Source: Neophaeotheca triangularis
Lineage: Eukaryota
Assembly: GCA_054600435.1 (NCBI GenBank)
Contig: BAAIJX010000010.1
Location: forward strand, 124,001 to 188,000
Reading direction: 5' to 3'
Length of the DNA: 64,000 nucleotides
A model generated the notes under the pieces. It saw nothing but the letters and a program-made list of their open reading frames with translations. It was not told the origin of the DNA and ran no database searches. The position numbers and the translations under genes are program-made. Positions 47,860 through 58,752 of the stretch are shown here, piece by piece (position 1 is the stretch's first letter; each line of letters starts with the position of its first letter).

Positions 47860-48923
47860 ATGAAGTCCGCCCTGCCCATCTCCGCCCTAGTGGCTTCGAC
47901 ATCCGCCTCGCTCTACGGCCAGAGTAGCGAGAACCACACTTGCGCCCTCACGCCCGACTACAAGTCTTGCTCGGCGATTGCACACCCGGACCGCGTTGAC
48001 TCTTGCTGCGTCGAGACGTACGGCGGTTTGCTGTTACTGACGCAGTACTGGCGAACCTACACTGGGCTGGAAGAACAAGGCCAGCTTTTGCCGCACAACG
48101 CCTGGACGATTCATGGTCTGTGGCCGGACTTTTGCAATGGAAGCTAGTGAGTGGTTTCCAGAAAAAGTCTCGCTAGTTGTGATGCCTGTTGTTGACATCG
48201 CACAGCCCGGAATACTGCGATTTGAACAGACAGTTTGACCCGGAGCCATTCCCTGAAGTCACCAACGACGGTCGATTTGTCCCAGCCTACAATGGCTCAG
48301 AGGACATTGGCACTTTTATCGAGCCTTTTGGTCGCTATGATCTATTGGAATACATGAACAAACACTGGATTGGTAGGGATGAACCAAGCTCGACATTATG
48401 GGCCCATGAGTTCGCTAAGCACGCCACTTGCTTCTCTACCTTTGACCTGCCATGTAAGCCAAAAAAGCTCTCGAGTTTATGACCGAGTGCCACTGACGAG
48501 ACCTTTGCAGGCTATGGACCCCAATACCGCCAACACGAAGACGTTGTAGACTACTTTGAGACAACAGTCATGTACAACATGCGATTCCCGACGTGGTCCT
48601 GGCTGACCAGCTACGGCATCTCGCCCTCCAACAGCACGAGCTACACGCTTTCTGACATTGAAGATGCTCTGACCCGCGAGTCCGGCGCAACTCCCACGGT
48701 GGGCTGCTCTGGGCCTCGATACAACGAGACCGAGGCGGGTAAAGGCTCGATGGACGATGGGTACACGCAGCTGTACGAGGTGTGGTACTATTTCCATCCT
48801 TTGGGAAGGCCGCAGGATGGAAACGTTGTTCCTGTTCTTCAGACTTCTGAGAGCAGCTGTGCGAAGGCTGAGGGCGCGGTTCATTACTTTGAACGGAGTG
48901 AGGGCTCGGTTACCGCTTCGTAG
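47860..48923 (+). CDS. Secreted ribonuclease T2 family protein, 3 exons
   Basis: Signal peptide, CAS-I WTIHGLWPD, CAS-II WAHEFAKHATC. Introns at about 48147-48206 and about 48454-48510. Confidence 0.95.
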
Positions 48924-49173
48924 GGAATGTGCGCTCTCGGTGTACAGCGGATGCGGGCATCGGTCTACATGAGATAGAATGCACGGTTGTTAGCTTGTAT
49001 CGTTGAATTGTTACGAGTGTCGCTGTTGACGATCTTGTCCAATGCCTCGACGGGCTCTGTCCACCGTTTGTTCACACAGCTTCCAGTTGGTCGAAGCTTT
49101 CTGGGAGCTCCGACTTCAGGCTTTCTCGCGTTCCGAAATGCGACAGCTTTGAACGAAAAATTACCCAGTAACA

Positions 49174-51216
49174 ATGCCTTCCCGCAGCGTCGCCAGACTC
49201 GGCAAACTGAGCAGAGCTGCCACTGAAGGATATGTGTGTCCTTCATGCTTAATACACAGCAGTGCGCGCCCCGCTGCCTCACGCAAGTCGCAGAACGCGT
49301 TGGAGACCAGACGAGCGACCCATAACCGATCATCCTACGCGCGCACTGAGAGACGACACTCCCTTTCACGTCCTACAGCCAAACCGCAAGCTCGTTCGGT
49401 CTCGAGCGGCTCGGTAGCTTCGTCAACAGCCATCAATGCCCCCTCCACGGTGCCCCATGAGTTGCGAGAGCTTCACCAGAGACTAGCGGCACTGCAGGAC
49501 ACGGCCGGCTCCTACGTCGACCTCTCCCGACTACAGCTCGCTCTGCGCAGTCTCGAAAGCGGCGACCCGGTGATCCGCGTGGCTATACTCGGGCTCGGGA
49601 GCAATGGTGCACTGGCCGCGAGAAAGCTGGCAAGAGTACTGTTGGCGGACCCATTGAGCGCGGAAGAAGACTGGGAGCGGCGGTTGCTGGATAGTACACA
49701 GGATGGGAGGGGGCTGCTACTGAAATATGGAGACCCCGACGAGGCGACACCCGCGAGCCCGCTGGTGCAGACCTTGAATGTACCTTCGAGGGTGCTGCGC
49801 AAGGGGAATTTGGAAATACTCGTCACCACGCTGAGTACGAATGCTGCTTCGCGGCCTGAAAGAGCGGAAAGCGGGCTGGAGGATGCTATACTGGTACCGT
49901 CGCTTACCACGCCGACTTCGGCTGGAGGCAGGATGGGTTTCGTGAGGTATCCGCTGCACAGTTCCTTGGTCGTTGCGGAGGGCGTGCAGGGTGCGATTGA
50001 ATACGGACGCCTTCTGCCATCCGTGGCTCATCATGGCATGATCAAGCCTGTCCTCAGTCTTGCCATGCAGCCTGAAAGCAACACAGACAGTAGTGGCACT
50101 CTCAACGTCGATTTAGCCACTCACGCACTGAGTGTCTTCCGTACGGATAAAGCAAACGGCGCTAAATTTAGCCACGAATGGCAAGCAAGCAATCTGCCAC
50201 ATCTTTTGGAATGGCTTCGAGCACTCTGCACGGCATCCCTATCAGGTCTCAAAGCCGGCGTGGAGAACCTCGTAACGGACGTGCTCGCAACATCTAGCAC
50301 TTCCATCGCATCCACCGAGTCTCAGACGACTACCACCGCGTCCTCCTCAACAGTCCCCGAAACCAAACGTAACAACCTCCAAACCGCCATCTCCACCTGG
50401 TCCGAATCCGCCCACCGCGACCTCGAACTTAATCTCTCCTCGTCCCTAGCCTCCTCCTCCTGGCGCCGCACAGCCTGGTTCCGGCTGCTCTGGCGCATCG
50501 ACGATGTCACGCACTCAGCAACCTCCCTACTTCGCAACAGCTGGCTCACCGAAGCCGAAGCCACTCTCGCACACCTCAGCGGCCGCATCTCCGAAGCCAA
50601 CCTCGCAACCCCAGACCAACTCCGCAACACCCCTGCCCTGCTCCCGGAAACCATGCAACAGGAACTCCAAACCCGCGACCAAGCGGCAATCCCCAACCCG
50701 GACTCGGTCGCAGAGCTGAAGCAACTCCCCGCCATGCTCGCGCGCGTGCAGCAGCAGAGCGGCCTCAATCCGCTCTTCGACCCGCCCTGGCCCCAGACCA
50801 TCCACCTCAGCAGACAGACGATGTTGCATACACTGGTGCCCGCACTCCACCGCAAAGCCCAGGCCCTGCTTCTGGGGACCGTGAGCACGACAGCGGGGAC
50901 TTCAGCACTGGCGCTCTGGTTCTGGGTCGCGACCTCGGGGCTCGGGCTGTACGAGGCGGGCGCGATAGCGGCGCTCGGGGTCGTGTGGCCGCTGCGGAGG
51001 TTGCAGAAGCTTTGGGGAGCGGAGAGGGAGGGCTTCGAGGCCACGGTGAGGGAGGAGGGAAGGAGGGTTTTGGGGGATGTCGAGGGGCATTTGCGGAAGG
51101 TCGTCAGGGAAGGTGGGAGGGTCGAGGTGGCGGAGGAAGATTTCACCGCTTGGGCGGAGGCCAGAGGGGCTGTTGACGCTGCCGGGGTTGCTCTTGGGAA
51201 GTTGCAGGGTCGATGA
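49174..51216 (+). CDS. Mmc1-like fungal protein (probable mitochondrial, C-terminal TM segments)
   Basis: 680-aa ORF with presequence-like N-terminus, YVDLSRLQLALRSL, IRVAILGL, LLADPL, WFRLLWRIDDV, two C-terminal hydrophobic segments. Family recalled from memory. Confidence 0.65.
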   Translation: MPSRSVARLGKLSRAATEGYVCPSCLIHSSARPAASRKSQNALETRRATHNRSSYARTERRHSLSRPTAKPQARSVSSGSVASSTAINAPSTVPHELRELHQRLAALQDTAGSYVDLSRLQLALRSLESGDPVIRVAILGLGSNGALAARKLARVLLADPLSAEEDWERRLLDSTQDGRGLLLKYGDPDEATPASPLVQTLNVPSRVLRKGNLEILVTTLSTNAASRPERAESGLEDAILVPSLTTPTSAGGRMGFVRYPLHSSLVVAEGVQGAIEYGRLLPSVAHHGMIKPVLSLAMQPESNTDSSGTLNVDLATHALSVFRTDKANGAKFSHEWQASNLPHLLEWLRALCTASLSGLKAGVENLVTDVLATSSTSIASTESQTTTTASSSTVPETKRNNLQTAISTWSESAHRDLELNLSSSLASSSWRRTAWFRLLWRIDDVTHSATSLLRNSWLTEAEATLAHLSGRISEANLATPDQLRNTPALLPETMQQELQTRDQAAIPNPDSVAELKQLPAMLARVQQQSGLNPLFDPPWPQTIHLSRQTMLHTLVPALHRKAQALLLGTVSTTAGTSALALWFWVATSGLGLYEAGAIAALGVVWPLRRLQKLWGAEREGFEATVREEGRRVLGDVEGHLRKVVREGGRVEVAEEDFTAWAEARGAVDAAGVALGKLQGR

Positions 51217-51403
51217 GCGGGGTGTTGTATCGATACGAAAGTGTAGTTAGTGAAGTGGAGATGTGACAGTATACGAGTTTCAATGTCGACTCCACTGTGG
51301 CAACAGACTAGCCTTCAAGTAGAGATATTTTCAGAGCACAATTTTCAAACGTGAACGAACATGTCGGTGTCGAAAACAGCCACAAACGCAGCGAATACAG
51401 AAT

Positions 51404-54400
51404 CTACACCTCTCTCATAGTCTGCTGCTGCTGCTGCTGGCCCCCGGGCGAAGCCGCCCCCGATCCCCCACCGCCCAAATTCATATTCCCCAGGCGCTGC
51501 ACAAGGCTCGCGCCGACAGCATCTACCGCCCCCTTGGGGCTCCGGAGCGTGATATCGTGCCGGGATCCGCGCACGTTGAACAGCTTGATGGCCGTGTTGG
51601 TCCAGATGCCGCTGCTGCCCTTGTTGGTGGCCATGTCTTGGGCGTAAGCAAAGGACCACAGCATGCTGAGGTACCAGCCAATGGCTAGCGGCGACCAGGA
51701 GAAGGATTGCACTCTTATCTCCGAGGCTGGGGGATGGGGGGTTAGTAGGGCTTTTTTTGGCTTGGGGGGAGGGTGAGGGGCTTACGCTCGCCGCGATCTG
51801 CTCCAGGAGCTCCTTGAGGTGCTGGGCGTTCATGTTCTGCGGCGCGGTTGGCGTGTCCGGCGCTCTCGGTGTTGGGGGCGGTGCCGCCGTTCCCCCGGGT
51901 CGCGATCCCGGTGGGAGGCGGCGAGGAGGCGGGGGTGCGCTGGGAGGAGGCGCCCCTTGCGGTGGCGTGCGAGCCCCGTTCGTCTCGGAATGGTTCATAA
52001 TGCTCGATTGTTTGCAGGATGTTGTGGAGGGGGAGGTATGGCAACCAGAGGCTCAGCTGCGCGGGGGACGTTAGTCTTGGTGCTCAATCTGCAGGCTGTC
52101 TGCCGGGAGAGTAGTCGCTTACCCAGTCGTGCGTAGGAGTGAATGCAGAGTTTGCCTGAGGCGTGATTGAGGCTAAGCTCGTGGTGCTGGCGTTGCGTGA
52201 GGTCGAGCGAGAAAAGGAGCCTTGACCTATCGGCAGCTTGCCCCGAGCTTTCTCAGACATACTACGCGACTGCGTCGGTACCGCGTCCTCCACCGCACTG
52301 GAAATACTGTTTCGCGATACGGACATAGCGCCGTGCTCTTCGTCCTCTTCATCATCTTCACCAACCGCAAATGCGCTTTCTTCCGGTACGTTACCCAGAT
52401 ACGGCGTGCGGCGCATCGAGTCCATTGACGTGGCGCCTGATGGACTGCGAACACCACTCTCGCCCGTCACGCTGCCGGTGCGGTCTTTTCTCTCTTGTGC
52501 TAGTCTGTCAACCTCTTCCATAGCACCTTCGACTGTAAAGTCACGCAGCGCTTCGAAGCGTTTGTGACAGCGCACCATTACCTCGACGAAGCGGCGGTTT
52601 GCTATTACAAGTCAGCACGGTGAGCTCTGCCACTTCAACAAGGCGGAAGGCAATGCAGGCAGTGGCTAAAACTCTTCCTCACCCATTTCACCACACCTTC
52701 GCTAAAATTCCAACCGTGCATAGTGATAAATCTCTGACCACCACAGCCGGCAGCCGCGCAATAAAAAGTCTTCACTCACCTTCATACTGATGATCCAGTA
52801 TCGCATTGAGCGCCTCAAGCAGCGACAGCAACAGCGTATGGTTGGTCTCATTCGCAAGCAAGAACTTGGGCGAGGACATGGACACGAAAAGATCCAGAAG
52901 CTTCGAGCTCGTTGCGCGCTGGAGGTCACGCACAAACGGTGCTATATTCACCACAATGGCCAGGAGGGCTGGGTATATGGATTCGAGGCGGCCTTTGGTT
53001 GTTGTGAGCATCGTATGGATGGACTAAACCACAGGTCAGCATAATTTTCGCAGTCACCGAATGCCACCTTTGCTTGCCAGCGCCCCCTAGGCAGGCCGAC
53101 TGCGTATGAGCACCATCGAACAAGAGAAGACGTACCGTGATAAGATAGTCGGCATAGGTGCCATGGAAATTCTGGATCCTCAAAATCGCTGGCAAAGACT
53201 CTTGACCGACAAAGGGTTTGTTCAAACGCTTGCCGAAAGTGGGCTCAACGCTCAGGGTCTGCAAGATGAAGACGCACATCCGCACGATACCTTGTCTGGC
53301 AGGGTCGTCCTTTGCATCCATGGCGTAATACAGCACAAGGACGACAAAGTCGTGCGCTCGATCGGTATCGATGATGAAGCTGCGGAAGCGCTTGTTGCAC
53401 TGTAGCAACTCCCAGAACAGGACCAACATCTCCGGAGCCCACGGTATGACTTTCTGGCCGCCTGGAAAATAAGACGTTACGCCCGATACTGGTTGAGTCA
53501 AGACCAAGGTCAACCCTTGTTGGATGAATTGGAAGTCTTCGGCTCTGTGCAAACGACTGAGAGCTTTTCGGAAAGCATTCGGTTCGTCGTGGGGTACTGG
53601 GTAGATGACCAGCACTAACAGGAAGTGTAGGGAATAGGTGACCAGTAGTTGTTTCGGATCCTTGGCTGCAGTCAAGTCGATCGGCACCCGCCATGAGGCT
53701 GGGTTGTACTTTAGTACCTGTAGACGATATCAGCTTTGCTTTTGAGCTGGAACGTCACGCTCCGTCCAGCGCTCTGGAGCCATTGTAACCGGTACATCTT
53801 CCGGGTCGGAGATCAAAAGCTAACGTACCGTATTGAGTAGCGAGCATACCACGCTCAACACGACTTGTCGACTGCTTTGCGTCGACAAGTAGGTGAGTGG
53901 CTTGATATCCGTCGTGGCCACGACGTCTGCATCGGCAAATCAGTAATCCGACCCGTCATACGAACGCTTCAGAGCAACATACTCGGTGAAATGTACATCG
54001 TCCGGGATGTCAGCGTAAGTAGCAGTCTCAAAACTTCCATCGCGTTCCTTTCGTTTTCTTTCGTCATGCCATTGCTCTGCTTACAGCCAATGCCGCTTTG
54101 CCAGATAGCAAAGTTGACGTTCAAATCCGGTCTTCCGTTGGCATCCAACTTCTTTGGCAGGGTGAAATTGGGGAAGAAGAGATAATTGATGAGCAAGTCG
54201 ATGAGCTCCTCTCCCAATGGCCTTCCAATCTCCTTGTCTTCTTCACTCTCGCCGAACTTCTTCTTCGGGTGAAGGCCATCGAAGAGTTGGCCCTGTCTGT
54301 CTAATAGGTGATCCCAGGTCGAAGTGGGTTTCCGCGGTTGCCAGAAGAACTTGTCTTCCCAACCAATGAGATGGTCTGCCTCGTAGATGTACGGCAGTAA

Positions 54401-57389
54401 ACGAGTCAGAATGCGCACGCAGTTGAGAACTTCTGGAGCGATGGGTATGTGGACGTCGCTATAGCAATGACGAGTCTGAAGTGCCTTGAGACGGGAAATG
54501 ACGGTGTAGATGAGTGTTTCTGCATTCTTCTTCGGCGCAGGCAAGGCGTTTCTGCTTCCGATATTGGGCGTGCTGAGCGTCAGACTGCGAAGGTCGTTCG
54601 GTGACCAGAGCGCGAAGACATCGTCGGCACTTTCGGGGAGTTGGTAGAACTGGACAGACGTGGTTAGTATGGTGGGTTCTATCGCTCATTGCCACATCCT
54701 GGGCTGCACCGGACCAGCAATCCAGCTAATAGCGAGCCCACAATATGGCTTTCCAACGTGAACTTCTACGGTTGGCTGACAGGGGGTCCCGGAGTTTCGG
54801 CTGAAAGTTATCTCCACGTCGGTGACTACTCGCTCCCGAGATCCTGCCCGAAAAGAACACTGGGCGTAGCGAACGAGAGAGAGCCCGATGGTGGTCGGCC
54901 GTTCACGTATCGTTCGAAGGTGATGAAAGTGTCTGGGATGCTGTGTTTGGTTTCTTGCCGACACTTCGATGGTGCGATCACTTCCACACGTCTAAACACG
55001 GCAGGAGGTTCGCGCTATCGCAGACTGTGCGAACCGGGCATCCTGCGCCAGTTCACCTCAAACGGAACCGGAATTGAACATTTCTCCACCATCCTCGAGT
55101 TCCTTGCGACTGAGTCGAAGTTTCCCAGCTACATCTCATAAGAAATCAGTCGGTAACCCGGAACCTGCAACACACGGGCGATGAGCTTCGAGCGCAGAGA
55201 TTGAACAACCCTCCAGAAAGCTCGACTCCCCTTTCGGAGATTCTTGAAGTGTTCATGACCACTCGCTCGCACTTTCGACACAACCAGAGCGTTCTATCGT
55301 GCTGCGATCCGTCGGCTGCCTGAAAGCAAAGAAAGCTTCTTTCCTGACACAAGACCTGCCTCTGCCATCGGCTTCAAAACCAGCGCGATTCTTCCGTGCA
55401 ACCAACTGGCAATCGCATTTTAGGACAAGTCTTTCAGCCCAGACACCTGAATACCGCCGGCAAGTATGGGCAGGCATCTTCCCATTCCTCAGCGGATTCG
55501 CGCTCACAGCCAAGACGACAACCAGTTGCGCCTTTCGAACCAGCCATCGCTTGAGAAGAAAGCTCCTGTAGGTATTCATCTAGTGGCAAATTGAGAATTC
55601 AGATGCGACTTTGCTACTCTGATAAATCCCCGAGCTAAAAATCTTTCGCGCAGTGACCGGAGTTTCATTCTGTTGATCGAACTTCAGGCTCAGGGCTCCT
55701 AGTTCTCGCAGCAATTGACTGTCCGCTGGTATAAGAGGTCGTCTTTATGATCGGTCAAAACCTCCGCTTCAGTTCACTTCGATCAGCAGCTTCACATATA
55801 ATTGCCGCGTCTCCTGAGGCGTTGACCGGGCAGGGCTCCTAGTACCGACGTTCGGCAGGCGTCGAGAAGTCTGCTCGCCGGCATCAAGAGTGAAGACCAG
55901 CTCCAGCGTCGTTGCTAGCTTGCCTCTAGAGATATCTCCAGTTCCGACTTCGGTGGACAATCCTCAGGGGAACTTTGGTAACTCCCTACCACTGAAGCTG
56001 GTTGCGTTCACTTTCACCCCCTAGTCCAAGTACCAAGAAGGCATCAATAAGGCGTTGTCGTTTGCTAAGATTGCATCGGTTGAGGCTCACAAACCGAAAC
56101 GCGGAGCCTCCTCCGAGGGTAAAGATAAGTTTCCATTGCCGAACAAATTACTTCCATCTCTCGCGACACACAGGAAATCTCCGTCGACCATTCTCATCGA
56201 TCCAAGTCTGGTATGTTTCTGTGACTAGCCTCAGCTGCGTTGCTGTTCTCAACAGTGATAACATCACATCGGGAAGCCTTTGACGCGTACTGACAAGTTG
56301 CCCATCCAGACTCGCAGACTGAAGCAACTGGCTGCCGTTGAAGGTACAAGTAGTTCATCCTTGCAACGCAAGTGCCTTTCTCTAACAACCAACAGACAGA
56401 TTCCTGAAGCCCTGCAGTGTACCGACATTGCGTCCCACTAGACTCAGGGACAGAGACAGCTTGCCGTCGTCGAAAGTACAAATAACTCTTTCTTGCCGCC
56501 TAGGGAACTTCTCACTAACAACCCGCAGTCATCTTGGGAACATTGGCAGTCTACCGACACGGCATTCCGTTGAGCTCGTGGACTGAAGCACCAAGCCATC
56601 ATTGAAGGTACGAGTAGCCCGTCGAGGCCGCGAAGGTACGCCTTTCTCTTACAACACACAGTCTGTCTCTGGGATCAACTAGCTTTGCGATATTAAGCTT
56701 TCCCTGCTCCAAGCACCACTCTGGTAAAGCACTTTACGGCTTCGTCTTCCAGGTTCGGGGTGATAAAGAAGCGGGTCGTCCACGAGGGTATGAGTTTGTC
56801 CTTGATCTCGGTATGAAACGTTCTGCTGATATCCTCTTTGGACTGAAGCATCTGTCCGCCGCCGAAGGTACGAATAGTTCTTCGCAGCCGCGCAAGTGCC
56901 TTCCCTCTTACAACACACAGTCTACTTCCGGGGCCAAGCAAGCCTGGGGCATCTCGCTTTCCGTGGTCGAAGGACAATTCCAGTCGATAACGCTGCGGAT
57001 TCGTATTCCAAGTCCGGCGCGATAGTGAAGCGAGCCGTTCGTGTGTGTATGGATTCAGTTTAGTCCCGCCATGGTACATCTTGCTGACACCCTCTCCGAC
57101 AGTCCTCGACCAATTCACTTCAACAGTGAAGCTTCCCATCTTTCGGCAAGGGTTTGGGCATAGGCACCCAGCGGTGTCCGGTAGGCTCGTTCGATGCTTG
57201 AGTCCCAGCTCTGCCGGCTTGCTCATATCCACCCCTACAGTCTATCCTCTCCTGGACCCCCTCTTTCCACAATAAAGAGATAGGAAAACTTACCCTTGTC
57301 CACCACGGACTGTCGGCTGGTATGTCTGCCTCTCCCGCAAGGCGAAAGATGTCTTCCTTGAAAGCCAACTTGCTCTCCGAAGCACCCAT
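51404..57389 (-). CDS. HID1: HID1/Ecm30-family Golgi protein, multi-exon, 2644-nt first intron
   Basis: Exon 1 57294-57389 MGASESKLAFKEDIFRL (myristoylation-type start) joins in phase 0 to 54649 FYQLPESADDVFAL. LNCVRILTRLLPYIYE, IWQSGIG, WELLQCNKRFR, IWTNTAIKLF motifs. Stop at 51404. Confidence 0.9.
56211..56920 (+). repeat. Degenerate tandem array, period about 132 bp, inside HID1 intron 1
   Basis: Homologous GACTGAAGCA..GAAG|GTAC..CT(A/T)ACAAC..CAG units with GT at 56344, 56476, 56608 and 56868; weaker units at 56211 and about 56724. Confidence 0.85.
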
Positions 57390-57779
57390 CCTGACGTCTC
57401 AACCAGCAATCTTCCTCTTCCCAACTGGCGGGCAGTTTGTTTTCACCAGATCAGAACATCGGCGGTCTGCGATTGCAAAGGTTCGTAACTTGTATGGGCG
57501 AAGGTCGGCGAGTTTGGCAGGTGATCGGAGTGTGTTTGCTGATGATGGTCGGTCGCAGCAATCCCAGAAGTGCAGGGCAGTAGCCGACAGCGGAGAAGCC
57601 GCCGCTCTTTCGTCCCGACTTTCTGGAGCGTGCGCGGCTGCACTGCAGGTGGGGGTGGGATTTCCGAATTCTTCTTGTCGAGGAGAGGAGGAGGAGGTAA
57701 GTGAAAGAAAAGAAGGGGGGACGACGATAAGAATACCTGAGGTGGGTAATGAATAATCAATGCCTTCTTCTCGGACCAA

Positions 57780-57871
57780 CAGGCTACAGGCTACAGGCCA
57801 CAGGCTACAGGCTACAGCCAATTGGTCGTCGGATGCCGAGCTCGGAAAAGGCAGGCAGGCAGGCAGGCAGG
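57780..57871. repeat. Simple repeats (CAGGCTA)x5 and (GGCA)x5
   Basis: Read directly at 57780-57817 and 57849-57871. Confidence 0.85.
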
Positions 57872-58045
57872 GGTCGGAACGATCCATGGCCCGGATAAGT
57901 CATGGGGTTTTTGGCGTGTTGCTTTCGCGCGACCTCACCTCGTCCTTTTTCACTTTCTCGCCCCTGCAGAGCCTGTCCAGTGTCCAGTGTCTCCTATACA
58001 TCCAGTACATGTACTGTCTTGCTGACCCTTGCGCTGTATATTATA

Positions 58046-58103
58046 GCAGTCCATCAGTCCGGCCGGCAGTCCATCAGTCCGGCAGGCAGTCCATCAGTCC
58101 GGC
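58046..58103. repeat. 20-bp minisatellite, 3 copies (GCAGTCCATCAGTCCGGCnG)
   Basis: Copies start at 58046, 58066 and 58086. Confidence 0.9.
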
Positions 58104-58752
58104 ATCTGGCATTTGGCAGAGACGCTCACCTCCATATCGTCTCCCAAATTAAATAAAATACGCCCTCCAGTAAATAGTCGACAAGGGCAATCTTACTCTT
58201 GTCCTCGAGGCGCGAACAGGCAGGTTTGCGCTCAACGCGTGCGATGATGCCTCCTTTCTCCCTCTTTCCTGGCCCCAAGTTGCTAATACCGTGCTCAAGG
58301 AAAAGGAAGAAGGAAGAAAACACAGGGCGCTGTTGCTTTTCGTCGTCTACCGTAGCGGTTTGAGCTCCTCGTCGTCCAAGAGAGAAAGAGAGAGAGAGAG
58401 CCTCGTCACCTACCGTAAGTCTCCCGTCTTGTTTGCTTGTCGCATGACCATGTCGTCTCATCTAACATCGTACTACCTATCAGATCGCCATCCGGCTACG
58501 TGAGGCTACGTGAGGCATACCCTTCGGCGTACTGCTCGTTTCTACGCCGGACCTTGTTGCCCAGTAGGGACCTCCCGTTGCATTGCGGACCGTGCTCACG
58601 CCCGCGGCATTGTTTTGTGTCGAAATTCTCATCCACCATCCTTCGACTCTTCTTTTTTCTTGCCCAGCGACATCACCTACCATTCTCTCACAGCCGTCTA
58701 CGCGTACCACATCAACCTCCTTCACCACAGCAATAACCACATCACCATCAAC

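Noticed and set aside
56344..56920. CRISPR-like, snoRNA-cluster or stwintron reading of the intronic array
   Set aside because: Eukaryotic context and degenerate units; no properly spaced box C/D pairs; excision does not consistently regenerate a donor.
56693..57232. 179-aa ORF inside the HID1 intron
   Set aside because: Non-ATG start as called, no recognisable domain, and it crosses the repeat array without repeated peptide.
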